A DNA stretch of 63,425 nt, counting the filler, from Licmophora abbreviata (taxonomy: Eukaryota): NCBI GenBank assembly GCA_900291995.1. It is 4 parts of 4 records of this genome, joined end to end, with 100 filler letters (N's around TTAATTAATTAA, not from the genome) between each part and the next. Parts side by side here need not be neighbours in the genome. Positions count along the whole stretch, not along the records: positions 1 to 26,060 come from OLMU01001162.1; 3 more parts are not named here. One strand, written 5' to 3'. The translations under genes were made by a program, and so were the position numbers. Positions within the stretch are counted from its first letter, which is position 1, and each line of letters opens with the position of its first letter. Below, piece after piece: positions 11,454 to 22,416 of this stretch. Below the pieces are notes generated by a model. It saw nothing but the letters and a program-made list of their open reading frames with translations, ran no database searches and was not told the DNA's origin.

Positions 11454-14400
11454 ATGCCCCGATTGCTTCAAATGCTGTCGCGGGCACTCCTCTCGGTGTC
11501 CGCAATCCTTCTCTCGCAAGAGTGCTTCGTACACGGCCAAGCTCAGCCGTCAGCTAATCCAGTGCTGGAGGCCACTCTAGAACGGACTGTGTTGGTCTCT
11601 CTCTTCGAAAATACGCAAGGCGACTCTTGGACTCGCAATCAACATTGGAATTCGACCCAAGTGCACTATTGCGAATGGCATGGAGTTTCTTGTCAGACAC
11701 TGACGACTCAATCGAGGCGACGAGACCGGCGCCTTGATGAGCCCGAGCAGACTATCGAGTCGCTGGATCTGTCCGATAATAATCTCAGGGGTAGTGTTCC
11801 TATGAGTTTGCTGTTACTACTTCCCAATCTCAAGACAATCAAACTCGACGGCAACAACATTGACTATACCAGGATTGCCGAACTTGAGCAGTCCGTCTTG
11901 GGGAATGTGATTGATGTTGCTCAGCCTGTAGTATCCAAGATTTATCATTTGGATCTCACGCACACGACTGTCCGCGACATGCAACGTATCTTTCGGGCAG
12001 GTCATGGTACAACCATTATTCAAGCTCCGCAACTCGCCAACCTCTACGTGAACTCTGCCAAGTTGCAAGGATCATTCCCTCACGTGTTGACAGAATTGAA
12101 GAGTCTGGAACGGTTATCGCTGGATCACAACAGTCTGAGTGGAAAGCTTCCAAATACAGTGGGAAATTGGAGGTCTCTCAAGTACTTGTCGATCGCCGAC
12201 AATGAATTGGAAGGGACGATACCCCAGACTGTCAATCAATGGACCAAGTTACGTTATCTACTGTTGGAAGCAAATAGGTTTACTGGGTCTATTCCGATCG
12301 GGCTTACGTCAAGCGAGTATACACCACTCCTAGAGCAGCTCGATGTGAGCGACCAGCGACCTGATTCAGTCACTCCGTCCCCGACGGTTGGTTTGAGTGG
12401 AAAGATCCCTTCCATGGACACACAAAAGAGACTCAAACGTGTCGACTTTGGAGTCAACTCCTTTACGGGGACTATCCCATCGACTCTGTTCGAGGCGACG
12501 GAAGATCTGGATTTCGTCGTTCTTTCGTCAAATCAATTGACAGGCTCAGTACCGTCTACTGTACTGAGTCGCATTCCACCCGATTCGCTATTGATGGAAG
12601 ACAATCGCATTACTGAAATCGATCCTGCCGACTGCCCTCCCAATGGGTACGGTTGCAATGCAATTCTCTGTCCGCCACTCTATTACGAACCAAGATCGGG
12701 CCGACAGGAAGAGGAGAACCGACCTTGCTTGGACTGTCCCGACAATACGAAATACTGGGGGCAAACAAAGTGCATATTGGAGGAAGCGCCGACGTTTACA
12801 CAGGTACCGGTTTCTCCTCCCAGCGCACCACCAGTTCCCACCAATGAACCACCCGGTGCTCCAACGACCCCGACGGCAACTGGAGTCAACGAAAGGGGGA
12901 TCCTCCTGGATATTTTCGCGAAAACCGATGGCGGAGACTGGGCGAACAGCGACGGCTGGGGATCGCCAGTCAATAATCCTGACTTCTGCACCTGGCACGG
13001 TATATCATGTGTGTCAGAACAGCTACGTTCGGTAGAATCAATACGAATGGGCGGAAACCTGATGGGCGGCAAGTTGCCGGCATCGATTTATTACTTGCCA
13101 AATCTTAAAGTCGTTGACTTGAGCCGAAATCCCGATATGGAGATGACCTTTCAAGACATGGATAAAGCGATGGTTCTTGAAGCGATGGATATTAGTGCCA
13201 CGAAGGTGATCAATCTGAACGGATTGTCTGGAGCGGCTAGTGTACTGAAGGAGCTTCGCATGAGCGACATAAAAGGGCTCTCCGGTGTTGCCGTGCCCTC
13301 GGACTTGTTTCAACTGACGGAGCTCCGACAGTTGACTCTCGATTACAACGATCTTTTTGGAAGTCTTCCCAGTGACATTGGTAATCTTAGTCACTTGGAA
13401 GTCTGCTCGGTAACGAACAACGAGTTGACGGGGTCAATACCGAGTTCCATATCGCAATTGTCGCTACTATCAACATTGCGACTCACGTCGAACCATTTAT
13501 CGGGTACATTGCCTTCGGGTATTGGAGAGTTGACACACTTGTCTGTTCTTGATCTGTCCAATCAGTGGTCCAATGGGCAAGATGACGACTTCAGTGAGAA
13601 CGGGAGAGCTGGGATTCACGGACCACTTCCCTCGTTCGAAGGTTTCCAGCAGCTTCGTCGCCTCGATTTGGCGGTGAACTCTTTCTCAGGTGCTATTCCG
13701 ACACGGTTTCTCAGCGACGCCGATGCCTCCTTGTTGGAATACGCCGATATCAGTGAGAATGTTTTGAGCGGCGAAGTGCCTGCCACAGTCGCTGGTCTTA
13801 GTCACATATACATGCAAGACAATCTGATTTCTGGTATCGACCAACTTGTATGCGACTCTCTACCCACCGAGCTGCTTCCATTCGGCTGCGATGCTGTGCT
13901 CTGTGCGCCAGGGAGCTCGAACTCAAGGGGTCGCCAGACAACCGATGATCATTCTTGCGAGCCATGTTTAGCACAGGAATCTGCTCAGTTCTACGGCAGT
14001 ACCGACTGCTTTGGCGAATCTACACCCGATACGCCGCCAACCGATGCGCCTGTACTTTCCCCGACCGCATCACCCGGGAGCTCCCCTACGTTTGACAGCC
14101 CTTCCGCGCGTTCTGCATTGGAGCGCATTTACAATACGTGTGGTGGTCAAAACTGGTCGTCCAAGTCAAACTGGATGGGCTCCGGGGGAAGCATCTGCAC
14201 GTGGTTTGGAATTCAATGCTCTTCTGATGGTTTCGTGATTGGGATATCACTCCGCTCCAACAACCTTGTAGGAACATTTCCAAGCGGGAGCGTCTTCGAT
14301 GGCATCTCAACTCTAGAGAGTCTCATTCTCGACGGCAACAATATTCAATTTTCGTTCTCTGGGATTGGTGCCGCATCGAGCCTGGCTACTCTCGATCTCT

Positions 14401-17372
14401 CTCACACCGAGCTGGCGTCGATAGCAGGAGTTGATCAAGCTCCTGGCTTAAAGAACTTGTACCTGTCGTCAAACAATCTGAAAGGAGACTTTCCGTCAGC
14501 GATTGTGCAGCTGCAAGGTCTGGAAAGGCTTGCGATTGCCTTTAATCGCTTAACAGGGGAAATACCCGAAGACATTTCAGAGTTAACGAAACTCGACTAT
14601 ATTGCACTGCATGAAAACGCTTTTCGAGGAACAATCCCGACAACCTTGGGAGACCTCCGGGGACTTTCTTTTCTCCTTCTGCGTGGTAACGCTCTTCATG
14701 GCTCAATACCGACACAAATAAACTTCTTGACAAAGCTGAACTTCCTTGACTTGTCTGCTCAAGATGGGGTCGGATTATCTGGCAACCTTCCGAGCTTTGC
14801 TGCTATAGCTTCCATGAAACGATTGGATCTGAGTGACAACAGTCTCTCGGGATCGATACCGGAAGACTTTCTCGATTCAGCGACTGCGCAAGGATTCGAT
14901 CGCATAGATCTCAGTTTCAACAAACTCACCGGGGATTTGCCAGCCGTGCTTGCCAAGTTCCCCGTCAGCTCGTATCAGGTCACGCAAAACAGAATATCCG
15001 GAATCAGTCCGGAGCTTTGTGAGCAATCTCTCGGGGGTCCAGTTGCTACATACGGCTGTGATGCTGTCTTGTGCAAAGCAGGGACCTTCAACGACAAAGG
15101 AAGACAGCTCACAGCGGTCGAGTCTTGTGATCCTTGCCAAGAAAACGAATTCTATGGATCGGTCGTGTGCGGGGATGTGTCAGTATCTCCTCCGACTGGC
15201 CCTCCAGTCAATAGTGACTCCAGCGACGCGGAGATATTGGGACTATTCTATGATAGCCTCAATGGCGATTACTGGACGAGAAGAGAACACTGGAAAGACT
15301 ACTCCATAAGCGTTTGCGAGTGGTTTGGTGTGCGTTGCGCGGCGGATGGTACAGAAAGAGTTCAATATCTCACATTGAGCTCTAATAACTTGTTGGGCAC
15401 TACGCCTAGTGAGATATTTCAGATGCCTTACTTGGAGAGTCTTATCCTGGATTCGAACGTAATTGATTTCGACTTTGATGGTATTGTAAACGCCATCCAG
15501 CTTGAAACTCTTGATCTGAGCAGCACGAGTATTGTCAGCGTTGGCGGTGTTGAGAATGCACGGCAGTTGAAAGAGCTGCACTTCGCCTCAAATGGAATAA
15601 CAGGAGCATTCCCAGAAGAGCTATGTGACCTGACATCGCTCGAGCAGTTGCACTTCGACTTCAATTCAATTGAAGGTCCACTTCCGGCATGCATCGTTCA
15701 GTTGACAAATCTCAAGTTATTGTCCTGTGAAAAGAACCAGCTTACTGGCGCGCTGCCCGTAGATATTGATTTGCTCTCCAACCTTGTGACTCTTCGCCTT
15801 GGAAGGAACTCTTTCACAGGTGAAATGCCAAGCGCGCTGAACGAGATGAGTTCGCTATCTTTCGTCGATATCTCACAGCAGATAGATCGCGGAGGGGCGG
15901 GTTTGTTTGGAACCCTCCCCAGCTTCAAGAGTCTTTCGCTATTGCGGTCATTGAATCTGAAAGGGAATTCAATCAGTGGACCGATTCCCAGTGACTTTCT
16001 GGCGGGCGTTGATCCCCAGGCGCTCAATTTGGTAGATGTGAGCTCAAACACTCTCACGGGTACGCTTCCTGCCACCCTCGCTAGATTCGACAGTCTGCTT
16101 CTGCATGACAATCAAATATCCGGGATTGCGCCCGAGCTTTGCGACGAACGACGGGGCCACCTATTCGAGTCTTACGGATGTGATGCCGTCCTGTGTCCAC
16201 CAGCGACGTCCAGTCCACACGGCAGGCAAGAGTCTGACTCAATAGGATGCAATACGTGCCCAGAGGCTCAATTCTTCGGGAGCACAATATGCTCTTCATC
16301 CAATCCAGGTCCGTCACCGACATCAGCGCCGGTACTAAGTGGTCCCGTGGATCCAGCGGCAGAACGAGTCATTCTCACACAGTTCTATACGGCATGCGGC
16401 GGAGAGAACTGGGACGAGCAAGTCAACTGGCTTAGTCCAAGCGAAAGTATCTGCAGCTGGGACGGCATTGTCTGTGGCTCCGGCGTCGAATCCGTGACTG
16501 CTATCGAGTTTGGGGCCAACAACGTCGTGGGAACCCCGCCAACCGAGTTGTACATGCTTCCGAACCTGAGAGTATTGTCGCTCTATTCCAACCCAATCGA
16601 CGACTTCAACTTCGACGGTATCGAAAACGCCAACAGTCTGCAAGAACTGCTATTGGACGCGACTGGCATCGATTCGATTGACGGCATTGGCAAAGCGCCG
16701 AGTCTTACCACGGTGAACCTTCGTTTCAACAATTTGAAGGGGCAAATCTCATCCGATATTGCCAAGCTGGCCACTCTTCACACAATCACAATGGCCTACA
16801 ACGATCTCACGGGAAGCTTACCGTCATTCCTCGAAGACTTAACACAGCTTCGAACACTGCTTCTTGCCCAAAATCACTTCGATGGCTCATTGCGTGGTGT
16901 CAACTTTCCCTCCTCGTTGCGACTTCTCGATCTTTCCGAGAACTCATTAGTTGGCGAGATTCCAAGCTCGTTCATGTCTCTGGTTCCTTTCTCCGCTGAT
17001 CTTGAAGTCGACCTGTCAAACAACAACTTGTCTGGGTCAATCCCCTCAGATCTTGCAAGATTCGACAAGTTGAATATATACTTAAAGGGCAACCAGATCA
17101 CCGAGATCGATGATCAGCTCTGCGAAGAGAGTCTTTGGAACGACGGCGATGTTGGCGATTACGGATGCAATGGGCTACTTTGTCCAGCAGGCTACGCCTC
17201 GCCGACCGGAAGGCACACGACCAATGGGGAATGTCGAAAGTGCGACCATCAAACTAAATACTTTGGGGCAACGTCTTGCGATACAAGCGCCGCTGGTTCA
17301 ACGAGGCCAATCCGGCTGACTATCGGGCTTGCTGCTCTATCTGCGGCAGTCCTAGTGGGAACCTCAATTTGA
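11454..17372 (+). CDS. Large secreted, probably GPI-anchored leucine-rich-repeat protein with five LRRNT-LRR-Cys modules
   Basis: Signal peptide; plant-type LxxLxLxxNxLxGxIP repeats; five caps (W..xxxW...C.W.G..C) and five GCxAxLC..G...C..C..YxGxxxC ends; hydrophobic C-terminus; 1972-aa intronless ORF. Confidence 0.93.
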   Translation: MPRLLQMLSRALLSVSAILLSQECFVHGQAQPSANPVLEATLERTVLVSLFENTQGDSWTRNQHWNSTQVHYCEWHGVSCQTLTTQSRRRDRRLDEPEQTIESLDLSDNNLRGSVPMSLLLLLPNLKTIKLDGNNIDYTRIAELEQSVLGNVIDVAQPVVSKIYHLDLTHTTVRDMQRIFRAGHGTTIIQAPQLANLYVNSAKLQGSFPHVLTELKSLERLSLDHNSLSGKLPNTVGNWRSLKYLSIADNELEGTIPQTVNQWTKLRYLLLEANRFTGSIPIGLTSSEYTPLLEQLDVSDQRPDSVTPSPTVGLSGKIPSMDTQKRLKRVDFGVNSFTGTIPSTLFEATEDLDFVVLSSNQLTGSVPSTVLSRIPPDSLLMEDNRITEIDPADCPPNGYGCNAILCPPLYYEPRSGRQEEENRPCLDCPDNTKYWGQTKCILEEAPTFTQVPVSPPSAPPVPTNEPPGAPTTPTATGVNERGILLDIFAKTDGGDWANSDGWGSPVNNPDFCTWHGISCVSEQLRSVESIRMGGNLMGGKLPASIYYLPNLKVVDLSRNPDMEMTFQDMDKAMVLEAMDISATKVINLNGLSGAASVLKELRMSDIKGLSGVAVPSDLFQLTELRQLTLDYNDLFGSLPSDIGNLSHLEVCSVTNNELTGSIPSSISQLSLLSTLRLTSNHLSGTLPSGIGELTHLSVLDLSNQWSNGQDDDFSENGRAGIHGPLPSFEGFQQLRRLDLAVNSFSGAIPTRFLSDADASLLEYADISENVLSGEVPATVAGLSHIYMQDNLISGIDQLVCDSLPTELLPFGCDAVLCAPGSSNSRGRQTTDDHSCEPCLAQESAQFYGSTDCFGESTPDTPPTDAPVLSPTASPGSSPTFDSPSARSALERIYNTCGGQNWSSKSNWMGSGGSICTWFGIQCSSDGFVIGISLRSNNLVGTFPSGSVFDGISTLESLILDGNNIQFSFSGIGAASSLATLDLSHTELASIAGVDQAPGLKNLYLSSNNLKGDFPSAIVQLQGLERLAIAFNRLTGEIPEDISELTKLDYIALHENAFRGTIPTTLGDLRGLSFLLLRGNALHGSIPTQINFLTKLNFLDLSAQDGVGLSGNLPSFAAIASMKRLDLSDNSLSGSIPEDFLDSATAQGFDRIDLSFNKLTGDLPAVLAKFPVSSYQVTQNRISGISPELCEQSLGGPVATYGCDAVLCKAGTFNDKGRQLTAVESCDPCQENEFYGSVVCGDVSVSPPTGPPVNSDSSDAEILGLFYDSLNGDYWTRREHWKDYSISVCEWFGVRCAADGTERVQYLTLSSNNLLGTTPSEIFQMPYLESLILDSNVIDFDFDGIVNAIQLETLDLSSTSIVSVGGVENARQLKELHFASNGITGAFPEELCDLTSLEQLHFDFNSIEGPLPACIVQLTNLKLLSCEKNQLTGALPVDIDLLSNLVTLRLGRNSFTGEMPSALNEMSSLSFVDISQQIDRGGAGLFGTLPSFKSLSLLRSLNLKGNSISGPIPSDFLAGVDPQALNLVDVSSNTLTGTLPATLARFDSLLLHDNQISGIAPELCDERRGHLFESYGCDAVLCPPATSSPHGRQESDSIGCNTCPEAQFFGSTICSSSNPGPSPTSAPVLSGPVDPAAERVILTQFYTACGGENWDEQVNWLSPSESICSWDGIVCGSGVESVTAIEFGANNVVGTPPTELYMLPNLRVLSLYSNPIDDFNFDGIENANSLQELLLDATGIDSIDGIGKAPSLTTVNLRFNNLKGQISSDIAKLATLHTITMAYNDLTGSLPSFLEDLTQLRTLLLAQNHFDGSLRGVNFPSSLRLLDLSENSLVGEIPSSFMSLVPFSADLEVDLSNNNLSGSIPSDLARFDKLNIYLKGNQITEIDDQLCEESLWNDGDVGDYGCNGLLCPAGYASPTGRHTTNGECRKCDHQTKYFGATSCDTSAAGSTRPIRLTIGLAALSAAVLVGTSI

Positions 17373-17514
17373 TACATGGATGATTCGAATTAGATAACGT
17401 CGTATAGCATTTACGGCACTAGTAGCACTCTCGAATGCGAACAACTTACTCGAACCGTAGCAGGCTCAAATGTTGCGCATATGATTTGTGGAACACAGCA
17501 GAACGAGTCTTCTA

Positions 17515-19471
17515 CTACACCCCACAAAGTTGAAGGAGCGACTGCACGGCAGGAAAAGCCTTTCCAATGGACGTCAATGGCGCATTGCCCGGACGAAGGC
17601 TCATTACAACGTGTCCGATTCCGGCTTCCTTCGCCGCGACAAGTTCGGCTTCGGAATCACTAACAAACACAATGTCGGCCGGCGCGCACTTGAGCGCCTT
17701 TGCAATCGTCTTGAAAGAGGTGGCTTCTTTCTTGGGCCCAGATGTGGTATCAAAGTAGTGGTTTAGATGAACAGTCAAGTCCCCCATTTCGCTGTAGCCG
17801 AATAAGAGTTTCTGTGCGTTGATTGAACCTGAGGAATAGATGTTGACCACAATGTCATTTAATTTGCACCAGTTCAAGAGAGGCACAAAGTCTGGATACA
17901 CATGTCCCTTCAGCGTCCCATTCTCATATCCTGCGCACGATGTTTTAACGGAGCAAGTTTGTCAGACACAAATCGCTAGCCTTCTTAACCCGCTAATACT
18001 CCGATACTGTCGTACGGAACGTACCGCTCTTCCACATGTCACCCTGCAAACCCTTCAGCCCAGTTGCCTTGACATCATGCTTCATGAGCCCCGTGACGAT
18101 GCTTTCGACAGATCCCTGTATCTTTTGCCTCCCGTGCGGTGCACCAGGCGGAATCGTATCTGAGCAACTCAGCGAACGACATGGATGCGTCTCTGGCAAC
18201 GCCTCCACATCCCTCTGCAGTGCCGCATAGTACTGTCTCAGTTTTTCATTTTCGCTCTGCAAAAGGAAATCCGTAAGATTCGCCAAAACGTACGGAAACA
18301 GGGTGTCGTGCACAAAGGAAATAGCCGTCGTGCAGCCCTCAATGTCCAACAAGAGCATCTTCGCTTCTCTCGGCAGTAGAGGAGCACGTATCGATACGCC
18401 TTGCTGCAAGTCGGCCGCATTGTCGTCCCCGGTCTTGCCATGGAAGCCACCCACGTCAGCCGGGTCCTCTGTCGAGTTATTTAATTTGATCTTTTTTGCT
18501 GCCGGCTCTTCTGTCCCACCCGATTCGCCGACTCGATACGTGCCAGACGTCGGAATGGCGCTGTAGTCCACACCCAAACTCTTCATTCTCACACAGCTTT
18601 CAAAGAGGTAGTCAAACGACTCACATTGCGTCTTGGCCTGTTCCCATGAATCACCCCACGCGTACAATCCATGTCGACGTACGAGCACAGCATTACACAG
18701 GGGATATTCTTGAATGACACGCTCCAGCTGCGACGCGAGCAAATCCTCACTGGGGCGATTGTCAATGATAGGAATCTCCAGGACATCATCGTAGGCGTGG
18801 TTGCCGACTCCTTTGAGCATTTCCAAGTGTGTGACCTTGAGCGACTTTGTAGTTTCAGTGGGATCAAGCAGTGTTGCCATCTGAGCGTGCATACTATGTG
18901 TATGAATGACACACTTGGTGGTGGGCCGGTACTTGTAGACGACATACCAGAGTGGCGTGCAGGCACTCTGACGGAGATTGGGCGTCTTGGGCGGGACGAC
19001 GACATTGCGATCCATATCGAGTTCAAAAATGTCATCCCCGATCATGTCTTCTTTCTGGATGCCCGATGGAGCGACAAAGACACGCCAGGGTCGGTTTTCC
19101 GACGGCCCACCGGTCCGAATGGAGACACCGCCGCCCGTGCCTGTCGCCCATCCGTGCTCGTAAAACTTTTCACACAACTGGCTAATGAGCGACCGAATAC
19201 TCTTTGCTTCCTCCTCAAGATCTGTCATGACACTCTCTCCACTCATACTAAAGGAGGTTCGTTTGCTGATTTCAGTGGTCGTGTTGCCCTGGAGGTCCTT
19301 GCCTCCAACGCGGGCCCAGCTCGTACTGAGATTGATCCAGCGACGATGTGTGCTGTACAGTGACATTCGACCATTCCGCGTAACTGGGAACATGGACGAG
19401 GGCACCTCCCCGTTGGTCCAGCCCTCACCAGGCCGTTCATGGTCGCCGTTCTGCTGTTGCTGGTCCGCCAT
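17515..19471 (-). CDS. Bifunctional methylthioribulose-1-phosphate dehydratase / enolase-phosphatase E1 (methionine salvage, MtnB-MtnC fusion); exons 19471-18025, 17930-17515
   Basis: GWATGTGGG, APSGIQKE, SACTPLW, IHTHS, VLVRRHG; HAD motif LLDIEGCTT; intron 17931-18024 joins LKGLQGDMWKSG|YENGTLKGHVYPD; YSSGS..AQKLLF. Confidence 0.93.
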
Positions 19472-19753
19472 CTTGCAAATTCAGAAAAAAATGAGCGGTC
19501 TGAAATCTTGGGGAATCTTTCGCGTCAGTAGAAAGCTAACGAAGATTTCTACGCGTACAAATTCGAAACACATTGAACCCGGATATTCGACACCCCAAAA
19601 CTGAAAACAAATATTCACGCCGGACAACGACAACACCACCACGGAGTGTCGGCGCAACCTCGCGATCTCCCTTTACTATTCTCGTACACTAGACATACAG
19701 TACTTGCATCGGTGTACAGGTGCAGTACCCTCCTCGTGGTCGTTTCCAGAACC

Positions 19754-20794
19754 ATGCTGCGAGTTCTGCAATCTTGGAAGAGAGCTCTTCTGATTTTGCT
19801 CCTACCGCTTTGCTCGTTGCTGGGCACAAGACATGCCATCCAAGTGGCCAAAAGGAGCGGAAGCTACTCTTCGACCACTGCTGCTTCTGCTTCCCGAATC
19901 ACTTCTACCAATGCTTCGGACACTTCCTTGGTAGCACCCCTGGAAGATCAGAACCTGTCAAAGTCGCTATTGATCATTGCGGCCGTCCCCCGGAGTGCTA
20001 GACATGTAGCGTCGCTTTGGACGATACTCGAGTGCTTTGCAAGCCCGTTCGACCAGGTCGTGCTGTCAGCGCCTGAGAAAAAGAGAGATATGATGGACAA
20101 CATCACTGCTCGGGCAAAACAAAAGCTAGGACTCTCTAGCATTTCGACTCGGTTTTACATCAACGACTTTTATGATGTTGGACTCTGGTGCAATGCTCTG
20201 GACGATGTCCTTGACCGAAGAACAACGACGGGGGATACGAACACTTCTATATCCGACGATGCTTTCGAGCACGTCGTCTTGACCAACGACAGCGTCTTTG
20301 CCTTGCGTTACTACAATGGCATATTGGATCGAATACGACAGGGCATGGAGGATCTAGTCAGTTTGTGCTATTCCAACTCCCGCAATACGTTCTGGGTGGA
20401 AAGCGTTCTGCGAGGCTACTCCAGAGCGGGATTGTCCATATTTCAGAACAACTCGTGTGTCCCACCCGGTCATCCTCGTCGCTGCGTCCGGCCCAAACGA
20501 CCCGTTCGTCACTATCAATGTATCATTCAACAGCATGAAATTGGACAGAGCAGTTGGTACAATCGGTCTAGAATACGTGGCCTTTATGCCGCAGAGGATG
20601 TCAATATGAGCCACTGGATTCATAATGTGGACTACTGGCATGAGTTGGTGTACCACCACGGGTTTCCTGTGGCAAAAGTCAAGGAAAGATCGAAGCATCT
20701 CAATGGTAGTGTAGCGCTGCGAGACCAATCCGTGTTGAAGAATTGTACTCGGCACTTGGACTGGCAATGGGTAGAGGCGATAACTCGTGGCTAA
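19754..20794 (+). CDS. Rhamnan synthesis protein F (RgpF)-like putative glycosyltransferase, type II membrane
   Basis: N-terminal TM; NDFYDVGLW, VVLTNDSVF, WVESVLRGY, IIQQHEIGQS and GFPVAKVK resemble the RgpF motif series. Confidence 0.6.
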   Translation: MLRVLQSWKRALLILLLPLCSLLGTRHAIQVAKRSGSYSSTTAASASRITSTNASDTSLVAPLEDQNLSKSLLIIAAVPRSARHVASLWTILECFASPFDQVVLSAPEKKRDMMDNITARAKQKLGLSSISTRFYINDFYDVGLWCNALDDVLDRRTTTGDTNTSISDDAFEHVVLTNDSVFALRYYNGILDRIRQGMEDLVSLCYSNSRNTFWVESVLRGYSRAGLSIFQNNSCVPPGHPRRCVRPKRPVRHYQCIIQQHEIGQSSWYNRSRIRGLYAAEDVNMSHWIHNVDYWHELVYHHGFPVAKVKERSKHLNGSVALRDQSVLKNCTRHLDWQWVEAITRG

Positions 20795-21066
20795 TACGGA
20801 GACTTGTATTTTTACTGAGAGGATAGACATTGTTTGTGACTGCGAAACGACCTACCGATACCTATTCATAGGTCCGCGAGGCGCCGATCCCAGTCTGTTC
20901 AAATTCAGACACGGATGTGACGTGGCAGTCCTTCCATGACTCAAACCTCAAGTTCAATGTAGGAAGTGTGACTGTGTGAAGTGTGGGTAGGTTGGTCGTA
21001 TATGCCATCCAGAGAACCACTTTGCGTCCCAAGTCCTCACTACCGCTCTCAGTGACCCCTCCAACC

Positions 21067-22185
21067 ATGTTTCAACAACTTTCAATCATTGTTCTGTCTC
21101 TTTTGCTTGTACTGCAGTCTTTGTTCGCAGTCTGGCAGGTACAGTCGGAAGCTAGTCTGCCGGCGAGTTACGCCTTTTTCGCCGAGTCAGTCTTTTGTCC
21201 GGCAAGTTTCGACAGCATCGGCAGCTTCACGTCGAGGATTCTGCAAAGTCAAGACGACGAGGAAAGACCACAGTGTCCTGGCAACAATTGTCTGGAACTC
21301 GCATCCACCGAGCTCCAACATGTTGAAGACGGAGCCGCTAGCGGTCATATAGCCCGACGACGACACCCCGCTTCCAATACTAACAAGACTGCAGCCCTTT
21401 GCGTGATTGCCAAAGAGGAAGAACCCTATATGGACGAATGGATCGACTACAACCTTGCTCTTGGGTTTGAAACGATCTACGTCTATGACAACTCCGATGA
21501 CTTTGTATTGCAACAATGGGCCACTGAGCGCGACCCGCAACAAGTCCAAGCGTTCCACTTCCCCGGTCCGAGACAACAGTGCCATACCTATCGTCACTGC
21601 GTGAAGGATCACGTACGTCCAAACCATCACGAGTGGGTGGCGTTTTTTGATGTTGACGAGTTCCTACTACTTAAACAGCATGAGCACGTCGTCGACATGT
21701 TGGAAGATCATTGCAAACGAGGAACACTGGGGATTCATTGGATGGTGTATGGGTCAGCCAATCGGACAGAATATGAACCAGTCCCCGTGACGAAACGATT
21801 CCTATATCGTGACTCTGAATTGAATGGACACATAAAATCAATTTCGAGAGTGGAAGACTTGCGACGAGGTATGTTTATGAGGAGTCCTCACTCTCCGAGA
21901 CTCCGAGAAAGTGCGCGCCAAATCGACACGAGCGGAGCTGCGTTCACAGGATCCTACCAAGAGAATGGGCCTTCCGATGTAGCAGTACTTAATCACTATA
22001 AGTACAAGTCAGAGGGTGAATTCTATCGCAAGGGGTGCATCCGAGGGCGAGCTGACGTGGACGAAAAAACAGATTGCCAGGGAGAGTTGAAAGCAGGAGA
22101 GGTCTACGACGACTCCGGTTGGCAGGCCATGAAGAAATACGTTCCAAAGTACAGAGCTTTCGATGAATCGACAGAAAAAGAGTAG
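21067..22185 (+). CDS. Glycosyltransferase family 92-like protein, copy 1 (intronless)
   Basis: ALCVIAKEEEPYMDEWIDYNLALGFETIYVYDNS, WVAFFDVDEFL (DxD), HIKSI, AVLNHYKYKSEGEF. Confidence 0.88.
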   Translation: MFQQLSIIVLSLLLVLQSLFAVWQVQSEASLPASYAFFAESVFCPASFDSIGSFTSRILQSQDDEERPQCPGNNCLELASTELQHVEDGAASGHIARRRHPASNTNKTAALCVIAKEEEPYMDEWIDYNLALGFETIYVYDNSDDFVLQQWATERDPQQVQAFHFPGPRQQCHTYRHCVKDHVRPNHHEWVAFFDVDEFLLLKQHEHVVDMLEDHCKRGTLGIHWMVYGSANRTEYEPVPVTKRFLYRDSELNGHIKSISRVEDLRRGMFMRSPHSPRLRESARQIDTSGAAFTGSYQENGPSDVAVLNHYKYKSEGEFYRKGCIRGRADVDEKTDCQGELKAGEVYDDSGWQAMKKYVPKYRAFDESTEKE

Positions 22186-22416
22186 ACTTGTGCTATCTTA
22201 GAACTAGAAGAAGAACATCATCGTCTTCAATCCCTCTTCTCCACGAGTAGACCTAAGCCGCCTTTGCTGTTGTTCCTTCTCGCGCAAAATTTGCGGTTTT
22301 GCGCGCGACGCGGCATAATCAATAAATGGCGCTATGGTATCGAAATGACCGCTTGGGCCTGATGCTTTTATCATATCCCTCACATTTTTCGATCCACAGC
22401 GGTCCGCCTCGTGACC

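Noticed and set aside
17515..19471. MtnB-MtnC fusion as a novelty
   Set aside because: The same bifunctional architecture is already known from plants (DEP1).
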